Source: Promethearchaeota archaeon (lineage in GTDB: Archaea > Asgardarchaeota > Lokiarchaeia > Sigyniarchaeales > SOKP01). Taken from it: a stretch of DNA of 45,999 bases. Below the pieces are notes generated by a model. It was not told the origin of the DNA. It ran no database searches and saw only the letters and a list, made by a program, of their open reading frames with translations. The position numbers were made by a program, and so were the translations under genes. Positions 29,532 to 38,517 of this stretch are shown here, piece after piece. Each line of letters starts with the position of its first letter. The stretch's first letter is position 1. The stretch covers positions 1-45,999 of the forward strand of contig JBHLMQ010000021.1 in assembly GCA_048938005.1 (NCBI GenBank), in the 5' to 3' direction.

Positions 29532-29702
29532 TTATTCTTCTAATAAAAATTTATCTCCCTTCTTCACATATACGATTGTAGAACCGAAATTATTGCGTAT
29601 AGTGTATTTATCTCCTTGGACATCTAATATCTCTATAGAATATGACAGTCTTCTTTGTTTCAAGATTTCTTCAATAATTGTTTTTTCTTCTTTCGAATCC
29701 AT
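29532..29702 (-). CDS. Small hypothetical protein, 56 aa (not in ORF track)
   Basis: Hand translation MDSKEEKTIIEEILKQRRLSYSIEILDVQGDKYTIRNNFGSTIVYVKKGDKFLLEE; ATG start with GACTGA upstream; helix + beta-hairpin pattern. Confidence 0.7.
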   Translation of the reverse strand: MDSKEEKTIIEEILKQRRLSYSIEILDVQGDKYTIRNNFGSTIVYVKKGDKFLLEE

Positions 29703-30283
29703 AATTTTCAGTCATTTAATAAAACAAAAAAATCTTATTATTTTAATATTCAATTCGGAAAATAGATGAAGATATTTTGGATAGAAATTCCCTTCCTTAA
29801 CTTAGTAAAAATTAAATGCTAATAATTTCTTTAACAAAAAATTATAATAAAAGTATTATAGAAAGACCTCCTTATTATTCAATCGGTAATTTAGAAGAAA
29901 TAAACAAAAATGATGTTAAGGATCATTAGTTCATTGAATGAGCTCCAGAAAGGATTTATAATAGAAATTACAATTCATATTTTATTCAAACTATAAAATT
30001 TGAAAAATTTAAACAATAATTAAAAATCTATGAGGAAAAACACTTTCTATTAAAATTATTAGAATTACTTTATGTTTAAGTTCATGAGTTTAGATATTAT
30101 ATAGCTTAACATTAAAATTTTAAATTTTATTGTTTATTCTCCTTATTAAAAAATCGAATTTTTTTTAATAAATCATATATTTTTATATATAAATATGTTT
30201 TTAATTAAATTAATTAATAAAAAACATGTTTTTTACTCTAAATTATTCATCTTAAACCTTCGATCTTTTATTTTTGATTTATA

Positions 30284-31531
30284 ATGGCTAAACAGAAACT
30301 GGATATCGGATTCTTTACGAGCATGTACCCCCAAATCAATGGTGTTGCAATGGCTTGTAGAAGTCTTGCTGAAGCTATTCCTAAATACACGGGACATACA
30401 GTTCATGTCTATGCTCCTGGACTAGAAGACATCCCAAGGAAACCCGGTGTGTGTTATCATAATTTCTTTGGAGCTAAAATTAGTAGTAAAACTGGCTTCG
30501 TTCTTAGTTTTCCTCTACATAAATACTTTTTCTGTCAACATGATTACCTCGACTTAGCACACATCCATACACATGCCAGTTTTGGTAGTATGGCTATTAA
30601 TTGGGCTAAATTTCTGGGAATTCCTATGATAGGAACCCACCATAGCCCAATGCAGTTTTATACTGCTCAATATATACCAATTTTCGGTAAATTATTATCC
30701 AAAATGGATTGGATCTGGAGATATGAAAGGCATGTATTAGATAAATATGACCTTGTTTCTGTCCCAACTAAATCCAAGAAAGATCTACTTAGAAAGCAAA
30801 GATTCAAGGAACCAATTATTGCTTTAACCAATGGAATTCATGAATACTATTTTAAAGAGTTAAAAGAAAATGGCATAAGAGATAAATATAATTTAGGCGA
30901 TAAAAAAGTACTTTTATATGCTGCGAGACTTTCACCAGAAAAACATCCTATAAGAATCATAAAAACATTCAAAAAAATCCATAAAGAAGTTCCTAATTCT
31001 CATCTATTATTGGTAGGTAGTCCCGGTCCATCAACAGATGCTGTAGAAAGAATTATTAGAAAAAAGAAATATAATGAATTTGTATCATATGCCGGAAGAG
31101 TTCCTTTTGAAGATTTATTAAAATTGTATAATGCTGTTGATTTAACATGTTTATGGTCTTGGGTTGAAGCAGAAGGTTTGGTTTTAACAGAAGCAATGGC
31201 TCAGGGTACTCCAAGTGTGGGTGCTAATGGATGTGGTATAGCTAACGTAATTAGACATGGCGTAACTGGTTATCTCGCAAATAATCTTGATCAATTTAAT
31301 GATTATGTAATAAAGCTTCTAAAAAATGATGATCTGCGTATTGAAATGGGAAAGAACGCAAAAAAAATTGCTGAAAATTATAGAATTGATAAAATCGCTA
31401 AAATCTGGATACAGCTATACAAATTCACAATGGATGAACTTTATCCTTTACGTTATCATAGAGCAGAAAGGAAGCATCGAGTAGAATTGGTTAAGGAATT
31501 TATACACAAATTACCAATCGTTTCATTCTGA
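30284..31531 (+). CDS. GT4 family glycosyltransferase (monoglycosyl-lipid synthase-like)
   Basis: FTSMYPQINGVA, HIHTH, GTHH, TNGI, RLSPEK, EAEGLVLTEAMAQGTP (EX7E). Confidence 0.9.
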   Translation: MAKQKLDIGFFTSMYPQINGVAMACRSLAEAIPKYTGHTVHVYAPGLEDIPRKPGVCYHNFFGAKISSKTGFVLSFPLHKYFFCQHDYLDLAHIHTHASFGSMAINWAKFLGIPMIGTHHSPMQFYTAQYIPIFGKLLSKMDWIWRYERHVLDKYDLVSVPTKSKKDLLRKQRFKEPIIALTNGIHEYYFKELKENGIRDKYNLGDKKVLLYAARLSPEKHPIRIIKTFKKIHKEVPNSHLLLVGSPGPSTDAVERIIRKKKYNEFVSYAGRVPFEDLLKLYNAVDLTCLWSWVEAEGLVLTEAMAQGTPSVGANGCGIANVIRHGVTGYLANNLDQFNDYVIKLLKNDDLRIEMGKNAKKIAENYRIDKIAKIWIQLYKFTMDELYPLRYHRAERKHRVELVKEFIHKLPIVSF

Positions 31532-31580
31532 ATCTAGTTGAACTTTAAAGTTGTTAATTTTAAATTTCTAATTTTTATAT

Positions 31581-32327
31581 CTAAAAGTTATATTTTTCTT
31601 TCACATTTTTTAATTTTATTTTGCATTTATTACAGAAATTAAATGATTTTTCATCAATATCTTTTATTTCTTTTGAAAATCGCATAACACATGAATTATT
31701 AAGGCAATGATCAGGACCTATTATTAAATGACCAATTTCATGAATTATTTCTTTAACAACTCGCTGTTCAAAAATATTATAATTTTCTGGTCTATTGTAG
31801 AATTGTTCTTTTAACTTTAATGATGATATTACACAACATTGATGTTTTAAGTTAGTTTCTCCGAATAAAAATAAGATCTTATCATTGCTGCTGGAATATA
31901 TAGGAAGATCAGTGATTGCGATAATCATTCCAAGGTTCTCATCAATCCTTTTGTTTATTAATATTTTGTAAAATTTATTGGTAGGATGTATTTTAATTTT
32001 ATCAGAGGATTTTTTCATTTCTTTATGTTCTTTCTTCACACCCTTGGAGAATAATTCTATAGATAAATCATAACCTCCTAAATCTTTAATATCAAAGAAA
32101 AAGGAATCGTAAACGTGATTTAGATGATTTTTAATTTTTTCAAATAAAGCCAAATCAAATTCTCCAAAAAATAAAACTCCTAAATGACATGGCAATAAGA
32201 GCTTTTTTGACATTTCATCATTTAATTCAAGTTCTTCAGAGTAAGAAATTCCTATTCGTGTAATTAATTTTTTTAGTTTTTCTTTATATCTGCTAATTTT
32301 TTGAATGTATTTTTGAAGTTTCGGCAT
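31581..32327 (-). CDS. Archaemetzincin-family Zn metalloprotease (M54)
   Basis: ITDLPIY, FLFGE, RVVKEIIHEIGHLIIGPDHC, CVMRFS Met-turn, D.K...FCNKC Cys4 site. Confidence 0.88.
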   Translation of the reverse strand: MPKLQKYIQKISRYKEKLKKLITRIGISYSEELELNDEMSKKLLLPCHLGVLFFGEFDLALFEKIKNHLNHVYDSFFFDIKDLGGYDLSIELFSKGVKKEHKEMKKSSDKIKIHPTNKFYKILINKRIDENLGMIIAITDLPIYSSSNDKILFLFGETNLKHQCCVISSLKLKEQFYNRPENYNIFEQRVVKEIIHEIGHLIIGPDHCLNNSCVMRFSKEIKDIDEKSFNFCNKCKIKLKNVKEKYNF

Positions 32328-32483
32328 TACCAGAATATTAAAAGTTACTTTTTATAATAAATTTCTTTTTAATTTAATAGAATCGGTAGAATTGGTTTAA
32401 TTATGTTATTAATAGGTATTTAAGTCATTAATTATATTATAAATTAAAACTGATTATTTTTTTATAATTTATTATATAGAAAT

Positions 32484-33530
32484 ATGACAGATATCTCAGA
32501 AAATTCCGAGGACACAGAATTAGAAATAGAAAAATTCGAGAAACCTTTAGATAATACAGAAACAGATAAAGATTTAGTTAAGAAAGATTTTATCCCCCAC
32601 TTCTTTCCAACTTATACAACAAAAAGAAAATTATATCCCATTCCAATTATTATTGTAGTTATAATAGCGGGAATTTTAGCATACTTAACATATATTGAGG
32701 CAGGTATACAAATAGATGGAGGATATTTTTCAGAAAGTGAAATGGGATTATTAGGTGGTATCCTAAATGGCTTGATCTATACAGCTTTGGCAGGAATATC
32801 AGCTTTCATCATAATTTTTGTAATAAAGAAAAAGGGAATTGGAGTTCTAATGTATATTTTTGGGTTTAGTTTTGCATTAGTTGGATTTTTTCAAACATGG
32901 TTTTTTGGACAGATAATAATATTTTTAGCATTAAGCACTAATCCTCGTTTATTCTATTTATTCTATTATGAATTAATTTTTTTTACTGGTGTTCTTACTA
33001 TTTTTATGATATATCGATATTTTACTTCAAAATCGATAAAAACAAAAAATTTTATAGTTTTATATATTGGTCTATTAATAGGGGCATCCATGGGTGTATT
33101 AATGCCTCTTTGGACTACGTTAGCTATACTAATAGGAATCTCATGCTGGGATATATTTGCTGTGTTATATAAACGCGGTCCAATTAAGCAATTAATTGAT
33201 ATCGCTTCAAAACCAGCAGAAGGAGAGGTTTTATCAGAAGAAGCAGTAAAAAAAAAAATTGAAACTGGTGAATATGAATATGATACTTCCAAATTAGAGA
33301 TTGGAATAGGTGATTTAGCCTTTTATAGTATGCTTACTTCTAGTGCACTTGTTCAGACTAATAATCTAATTGTGATGATTTTAACAGCATTAGCAACAAT
33401 TATTGGTACTGGAATTACTATATCCGGATTAAAGCGAAACAAAATCTTACCAGGTTTGCCAATATCAATTTTTTTGGGAATCGGAACAATGATGCTCTCA
33501 TGGTATTTAATCTCAACTTTTTTTGTTTAG
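32484..33530 (+). CDS. Presenilin-family GxGD intramembrane aspartyl protease (A22)
   Basis: About 9 TM segments; ISCWDIFAVLYKRGPI (catalytic Asp 1), IGIGDLAFYSML (GxGD), LPGLPISI (PAL-like). Confidence 0.92.
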   Translation: MTDISENSEDTELEIEKFEKPLDNTETDKDLVKKDFIPHFFPTYTTKRKLYPIPIIIVVIIAGILAYLTYIEAGIQIDGGYFSESEMGLLGGILNGLIYTALAGISAFIIIFVIKKKGIGVLMYIFGFSFALVGFFQTWFFGQIIIFLALSTNPRLFYLFYYELIFFTGVLTIFMIYRYFTSKSIKTKNFIVLYIGLLIGASMGVLMPLWTTLAILIGISCWDIFAVLYKRGPIKQLIDIASKPAEGEVLSEEAVKKKIETGEYEYDTSKLEIGIGDLAFYSMLTSSALVQTNNLIVMILTALATIIGTGITISGLKRNKILPGLPISIFLGIGTMMLSWYLISTFFV

Positions 33531-33614
33531 CTAAAATTACAATTTTTTAGAGTAATATTTTTTAAATCTAAATTATATTTAAATTTACTAAGATCAGAAG
33601 CGAGAATTAAAATT

Positions 33615-34802
33615 ATGATTGATATTAGCAACATAAATAAACTAGCAGTTGTAGGTGCTGGCACAATGGGACGCGAAATTGCTCAGGTTGCAATTATGGC
33701 AGGTTTTGAAAAAGTGTTTTTATTTAGTAGATCAATAGAAACAATTACCAAAGCAAAAAATTTTATTGAAAATGGTTTAAAAAAACTTGAATCAAAAGAT
33801 TATTTTAATGGGGGAGTTACTCCAGAGTTACTAATGAAAAATCTTATTTTAAATAGGAACTTAGAAAAAACTGTTGAGAATACTGATTTCGTGATTGAAT
33901 CTGTACCAGAAAACATGGATCTCAAACAAGAAATTTTTAAAAAGTTAGGGAACTTCGCTCCTAAACATGCTATTCTAGCAACAAATACATCAACAATGAG
34001 TATAACAAAAATAGCAGAGGCCTCTGGAAGAGCGGACAAGGTTATTGGTATGCATTTTTTTACTCCTATCGTGGTTCTTAGGTTGATTGAAGTTATTAAA
34101 GGAGCTAATACTTCCCAAGAAACATTTGATATTAGTGTTGCAATTGGTGAGAAATTTCCCGCGTTAAAAGGTAAAAGATATATTGCAAAAATTGAAAAAG
34201 AAAGTCCTGGATTCATTGTTAATAGATTAACTATAAGTACGAGTTTATATCTAAATTGGCTTCTTGAAATGGCTATGGAAAAAGGCATCCCAATAGAAAC
34301 TATTGATAATGATGTTGTTTCTTATCCCGCTATAGGACCATTTGCAAAATGGGATTACTTCGGTATTGATGTAGTATGTGATACGCGTAATTATTTCGCT
34401 AAAGAATTATCACCTGAATTTGCTCCAGGAAATACTCTTAAGACTTTATTAAAAGAGGAAAAATTAGGAAAAAAGACAGGAAAAGGACTCTATGAGTGGA
34501 AAGAAGGTAAACATATCATTACTAGCAGTAAAAAAGCAAATATTTTCAATTTAGAATTATTTTATGCAATTCAATTAAATGAAGGTTGTAGACTTTTAGA
34601 GGAAGGTATTGTAAGTGGTTATAAGATAATAGATGATACTATGATAGCTGGGATGGATATGCCTGGACCATTTGCGGCAGGGAAAGGAAATTATAAAAAA
34701 TGGACAAAATTATTAGATGATTTTGTAGATAGATCAGGTTTAAAATATTTAAAACCCTGCAATTTAATGAAATCCGGGGAATTTATTAATATGAAAAAAT
34801 AA
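33615..34802 (+). CDS. 3-hydroxyacyl-CoA dehydrogenase with duplicated C-terminal domain
   Basis: VVGAGTMG, IESVPE, ATNTST, GMHFF, PGFIVNRL, LGKKTGKGLY, second NEG.RLLEEG...GPF unit. Confidence 0.9.
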   Translation: MIDISNINKLAVVGAGTMGREIAQVAIMAGFEKVFLFSRSIETITKAKNFIENGLKKLESKDYFNGGVTPELLMKNLILNRNLEKTVENTDFVIESVPENMDLKQEIFKKLGNFAPKHAILATNTSTMSITKIAEASGRADKVIGMHFFTPIVVLRLIEVIKGANTSQETFDISVAIGEKFPALKGKRYIAKIEKESPGFIVNRLTISTSLYLNWLLEMAMEKGIPIETIDNDVVSYPAIGPFAKWDYFGIDVVCDTRNYFAKELSPEFAPGNTLKTLLKEEKLGKKTGKGLYEWKEGKHIITSSKKANIFNLELFYAIQLNEGCRLLEEGIVSGYKIIDDTMIAGMDMPGPFAAGKGNYKKWTKLLDDFVDRSGLKYLKPCNLMKSGEFINMKK

Positions 34803-34830
34803 TAATAAATTTTAAATATTTTAAGTCAAT

Positions 34831-36090
34831 CTATAGCCAAAGTTCAATATTAGATAATTTTATTGATTCAGGTAATTCTTTTATTTTATTCTCTCCCAGA
34901 TCTAAAAATTCTAATGATTTTAATTCTATTAAGCATTCTGGAATAAATTTGATACTATTACGTCTTAAATCTAAACGCTTTAATGCATTGAGTTTTTTGA
35001 TAGAATCAGGAATTATTCTTATATTTTGATCCCTTAATATTAGTTCTTTAAGATATTTTAAAGAACATATTTGTAGAGGAATAAAATTAATTTGAAAACT
35101 ATAATAACCATATAAATAAATTCCAATAATGCTACCTTCTGTATTTAATCTATAACCACATGCATATAATTTAGAAATTTTATCTTTTTTCTGAATTTTA
35201 TCTAGTTTCATTCCAGTAAGAATTTCTAACAATCCTAATACTGGAGCTTCATCAGTAACAACTCCTTCATTTCTGTATTTTTTCACAAAATTTTGTTTGA
35301 TTAGTTTAAGCAGTGAATCAGGGATTTTTTTTATTCCAGGATTGTTAGTTAAACTTAATTTTTCAAGTAGCTTGAACTTATCCCATTGTATATCTGGTAT
35401 AATTTTAAATTTATTCCAATCTAAGTATAAAAATTGCAAATTTGAAAGTGATTCGACTGATCTAGGTAAGGTAGTTAAATAATTATCCCATAAATTTAAA
35501 TGCTTTAAAAATGATAAAGCACCAATTGAAAATGGTAAATTCATCAATTTCCTTCCTACAAAATCCAGCGCTACAATATGTTTATCCTTTTTTACAGGCC
35601 TAAAAAAACCCATCTCAAAATTAGGATTCAATTCATACTCTAAATCAATTATAAATTGTGCTTCTTTTGGAATTACTTCATAAATTTCAGTAAGCCTATC
35701 GAATACCATTTTTAATAACAATTTAGAATAGTTTATATTAGATTGTTCTAAAGAATTAATAAGATTCTTTATAACGAATACAGATTTATCATTTTTTATT
35801 ACCCATTTCAATGGATTTGTACACAATTTTGGAAATTTGAGCAAAATGATTTTTGCTACAATACTTCTTATTAATGGATTTTCATCTGAGATTAAGTAGT
35901 TCTCGAGAATTTGGAAATTTTTTTCAGTTCTAATAATAATCTCTCCAAATTCTTCGAGACATTTTACTCTGTAATGATCTTTTTCACTGTTTTCAATTAA
36001 TGAGACTAATAATGCATTCGCTTCTGATCTTGTTATTTTATTAATCTCTAGATCATGTTTAATTTGTTGTAATTTAGTGGATTTGCTCAA
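34831..36090 (-). CDS. HEAT-like + leucine-rich repeat protein
   Basis: N-terminal helical repeats (DENPLIR, DKSVFV); LxxLxLxxNxLxxLPxxI repeats in two blocks. Confidence 0.88.
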   Translation of the reverse strand: MSKSTKLQQIKHDLEINKITRSEANALLVSLIENSEKDHYRVKCLEEFGEIIIRTEKNFQILENYLISDENPLIRSIVAKIILLKFPKLCTNPLKWVIKNDKSVFVIKNLINSLEQSNINYSKLLLKMVFDRLTEIYEVIPKEAQFIIDLEYELNPNFEMGFFRPVKKDKHIVALDFVGRKLMNLPFSIGALSFLKHLNLWDNYLTTLPRSVESLSNLQFLYLDWNKFKIIPDIQWDKFKLLEKLSLTNNPGIKKIPDSLLKLIKQNFVKKYRNEGVVTDEAPVLGLLEILTGMKLDKIQKKDKISKLYACGYRLNTEGSIIGIYLYGYYSFQINFIPLQICSLKYLKELILRDQNIRIIPDSIKKLNALKRLDLRRNSIKFIPECLIELKSLEFLDLGENKIKELPESIKLSNIELWL

Positions 36091-36259
36091 AATTTCAGAT
36101 TTACGATTTTTATTATTCTTTTTAAAAACTAATTTTTAATTAAATCTTATTTACAAAGATGTTATGTTTATTTTAAATATTGATGTAATAAAGCTCAAAC
36201 AAACATTAATCAATGATTACATATTATAAATGTTTGGTATTTAAAAGAAAAAAGATTAA

Positions 36260-36583
36260 ATGCATAAAAAGCCAAATAAAACGAATATCGTAATGTCTGA
36301 AGTAGACCATACTCCAAAAACTGGTTTCGAGAAAATTGTTGAATATTTTAATAATTCACTTGAAATAAACCATCCAGTTGCCATCGCAAAAATAGTAGAA
36401 GATACTGGATTTTCTTGGAGTTTTGTAAAAAAAACTTTAACCAGAATTAAAAATGAATACGATGGATTTTATTTTGAAAAATCAGGAAACACGTGGATTA
36501 CATGGAAAGATCGCGAACACTTAATAAGAAAACTCGATGAAACTTGTTCTCGTTTGCTAAATGAGCCAGAAAATGAACGCTGA
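36260..36583 (+). CDS. Small winged-helix-like protein
   Basis: IAKIVEDTGFSWSFVKKTL HTH-like segment followed by FYFEKSGNTWITW beta-hairpin; start could be ATG 36293. Confidence 0.6.
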   Translation: MHKKPNKTNIVMSEVDHTPKTGFEKIVEYFNNSLEINHPVAIAKIVEDTGFSWSFVKKTLTRIKNEYDGFYFEKSGNTWITWKDREHLIRKLDETCSRLLNEPENER

Positions 36584-36856
36584 ATATTATTGCTTCTTTT
36601 TAGATTTTTTATTTTGCCTAACGAATTCGTATATAAATTTTCTATCTTAAATGTTTTAAAAATATCAATTTTTGTTTTTTATTTATATCCTTCAAAAAAG
36701 CAGTTTCTATGGAAAATCCCTGAATATAAGAACTGTACGGATTATATTGAAAAGTTAAAAAAATTAAAGTCAAGAATTCTTTATTGATTTTTCCATAAGA
36801 CTCTAACCTATAAAGTATTTTTCTTTTTTGGATAATCCACCATATTAGAGTTAATT

Positions 36857-37039
36857 TTAACTATTTTTACTTGTTTTTTCCAATGAGTTTAATTTATTTT
36901 GAATATGTTTAAGTAAACAAAATAATTCATCTACTGTACATCTATCTATTAGTTCCAATAAGTTTTCTGACCATGACTCAGCACAATACTCACATTCAAA
37001 TATAAAATCAAGATTTATATCTTCTTTTTTCCCATTCAT
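36857..37039 (-). CDS. Small hypothetical protein with CxxC
   Basis: 60 aa, CEYC then amphipathic helices; co-oriented with the upstream small ORF. Confidence 0.5.
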   Translation of the reverse strand: MNGKKEDINLDFIFECEYCAESWSENLLELIDRCTVDELFCLLKHIQNKLNSLEKTSKNS

Positions 37040-37083
37040 AATTCATTTCATTTATTTTTGGATGATTTTAGTTAGGAGTTCTA

Positions 37084-37314
37084 TTAGAAATATAACCGAC
37101 AACGTATACTCAAAAGATCTTCTCTATAAATTGAATATACATTAGTCCCTTGTTCTTTTCTGAAATAATTTTTATTTGATAGAATATCTTCCACAATTCT
37201 AAAAAATATTCTATTATCTTCAATCCACAGACGATCCACCATAACATTAATTTTATCGCTCGTTCCTGTGCTATAAATCTGAAAAGCTAAAAATTTTTGT
37301 AATTTAGACTCCAT
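37084..37314 (-). CDS. Small beta-rich hypothetical protein
   Basis: 76 aa, ATG start, alternating hydrophobic strands. Confidence 0.6.
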   Translation of the reverse strand: MESKLQKFLAFQIYSTGTSDKINVMVDRLWIEDNRIFFRIVEDILSNKNYFRKEQGTNVYSIYREDLLSIRCRLYF

Positions 37315-37447
37315 ACTTTTTTTTTATATACATAAATTTAAACCACTGCTTTTAAAGGAAAAAAAGTTGGCTTTGGGTATTATAAAAAAATTACATTTTA
37401 GATTATCAGAGCCCATAAAAAACCTTTTTATTAGTGTGGGATTTTAT

Positions 37448-37469
37448 TTAGTGTGAAATTTCACACTAA
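37448..37469. promoter_or_regulatory. Perfect 22-bp palindrome, candidate transcription factor operator
   Basis: TTAGTGTGAAATTTCACACTAA ends 29 bp before ATG 37499; extra half-site TTAGTGTG at 37431-37438. Confidence 0.6.
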
Positions 37470-37498
37470 TAAAAAAAAAAAGAACATGGTTAAATTAA

Positions 37499-38443
37499 AT
37501 GAAAATTGAAAAATCAAGCCAAGATCTCGAAAATGAAGTAATTTATGCTGGTTTATGCATCCATTGTGGAAGTTGTAACGCGTTTTGTCCACATATGGAT
37601 TTTAATCAAGAAACTGGAGAGGCTTATGTTGTAGATGAATGTGCCGAGACTGTAGGACTCTGTTATAATGCTTGTCCGAGAACTTTCCTCCCAATAACTG
37701 AAATTGAACAAAAATTATTTGGAAAAACTCGAATTGACTTGGCTGTTGGAGTTTATAATGATATAATTCAGGTAAAATCGAAAAATAAAGATAATATTTT
37801 ATATAATCTTGTGGTTGCTGCTTTTGATTCAGGGATAGTAAAACACATGGTTTTAAGTGAACCAAAAAGTAAAAAACCTCCGCTTGCTTTTCCTGTTGTC
37901 GTAGATAATGCAAAAAATGCGAAAAAATATATTCCAAAAGCTACTATGGATAATGCGGGGCCACTTATTACTGGAATCGGTCGAGCTTATAAAAATTACA
38001 AGCGTGATATAGGAATATTGGCTAATCCTTGCCATTTACAAGGGCTTGCTAAAATCCTAACCTCCGATTTCAACACTGGAGCAGAAAGAACTTCTTTAAG
38101 AATAGCCTATGCATGTTCCTCAGGTGGTATGACGGGTTGTAAATATTGCACTGACTTTTCAGGAGAATTCTCTGATATTTCCTATTCCCCATGGGGGGCT
38201 CCAAAAGGTTCTGGAGAAGCGTTTCTTATAATTAGAACTGATACTGGACAAAAGCTTGTTGATACTGCTGTTAAGAAAAAATTGATTGAAATTACTGATC
38301 CAAATCCAGATTTATCTGAGATGAAGAAATTTCTAAATAAAAAACGCAAAAAGAATTTTCTAACTCTTCTTGGTAAAGATTTAATAACAGCTAAGTATTT
38401 AAATCTAAATGTTGATGAGTTAAAAGATATTCTTGAAGATTAA
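37499..38443 (+). CDS. FrhB/FdhB/FpoF-family Fe-S protein with N-terminal ferredoxin, divergent
   Basis: CIHCGSCNAFCP, C....GLCYNACP, NPCH, YAC, GCKYCTDFSGEFSDIS, IIRTDTG. Confidence 0.8.
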   Translation: MKIEKSSQDLENEVIYAGLCIHCGSCNAFCPHMDFNQETGEAYVVDECAETVGLCYNACPRTFLPITEIEQKLFGKTRIDLAVGVYNDIIQVKSKNKDNILYNLVVAAFDSGIVKHMVLSEPKSKKPPLAFPVVVDNAKNAKKYIPKATMDNAGPLITGIGRAYKNYKRDIGILANPCHLQGLAKILTSDFNTGAERTSLRIAYACSSGGMTGCKYCTDFSGEFSDISYSPWGAPKGSGEAFLIIRTDTGQKLVDTAVKKKLIEITDPNPDLSEMKKFLNKKRKKNFLTLLGKDLITAKYLNLNVDELKDILED

Positions 38444-38517
38444 ATTAAAGAAATTTCATATTCTTTTTATTAAATTTAATTTATTTTCATTGGAAATTTA
38501 TTCTTAAAAAATTGAAA

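Noticed and set aside
29753-30019. Possible decayed pseudogene on + strand (IRKIDEDILDRNSLP*...ERPPYYSIGNLEE...)
   Set aside because: Four internal stops in 88 codons and no recognisable family; cannot be distinguished from AT-rich noise without a search
15668-36583. Selenocysteine readthrough at TGA stops (15670, 31531, 36583)
   Set aside because: The proteins look complete at the TGA and none sits at a catalytic Cys position; no SECIS recognised
36590-36787. 65-aa + strand ORF
   Set aside because: TTG start with no clear RBS; F/I/L/K composition expected from AT-rich spacer DNA; not supportable
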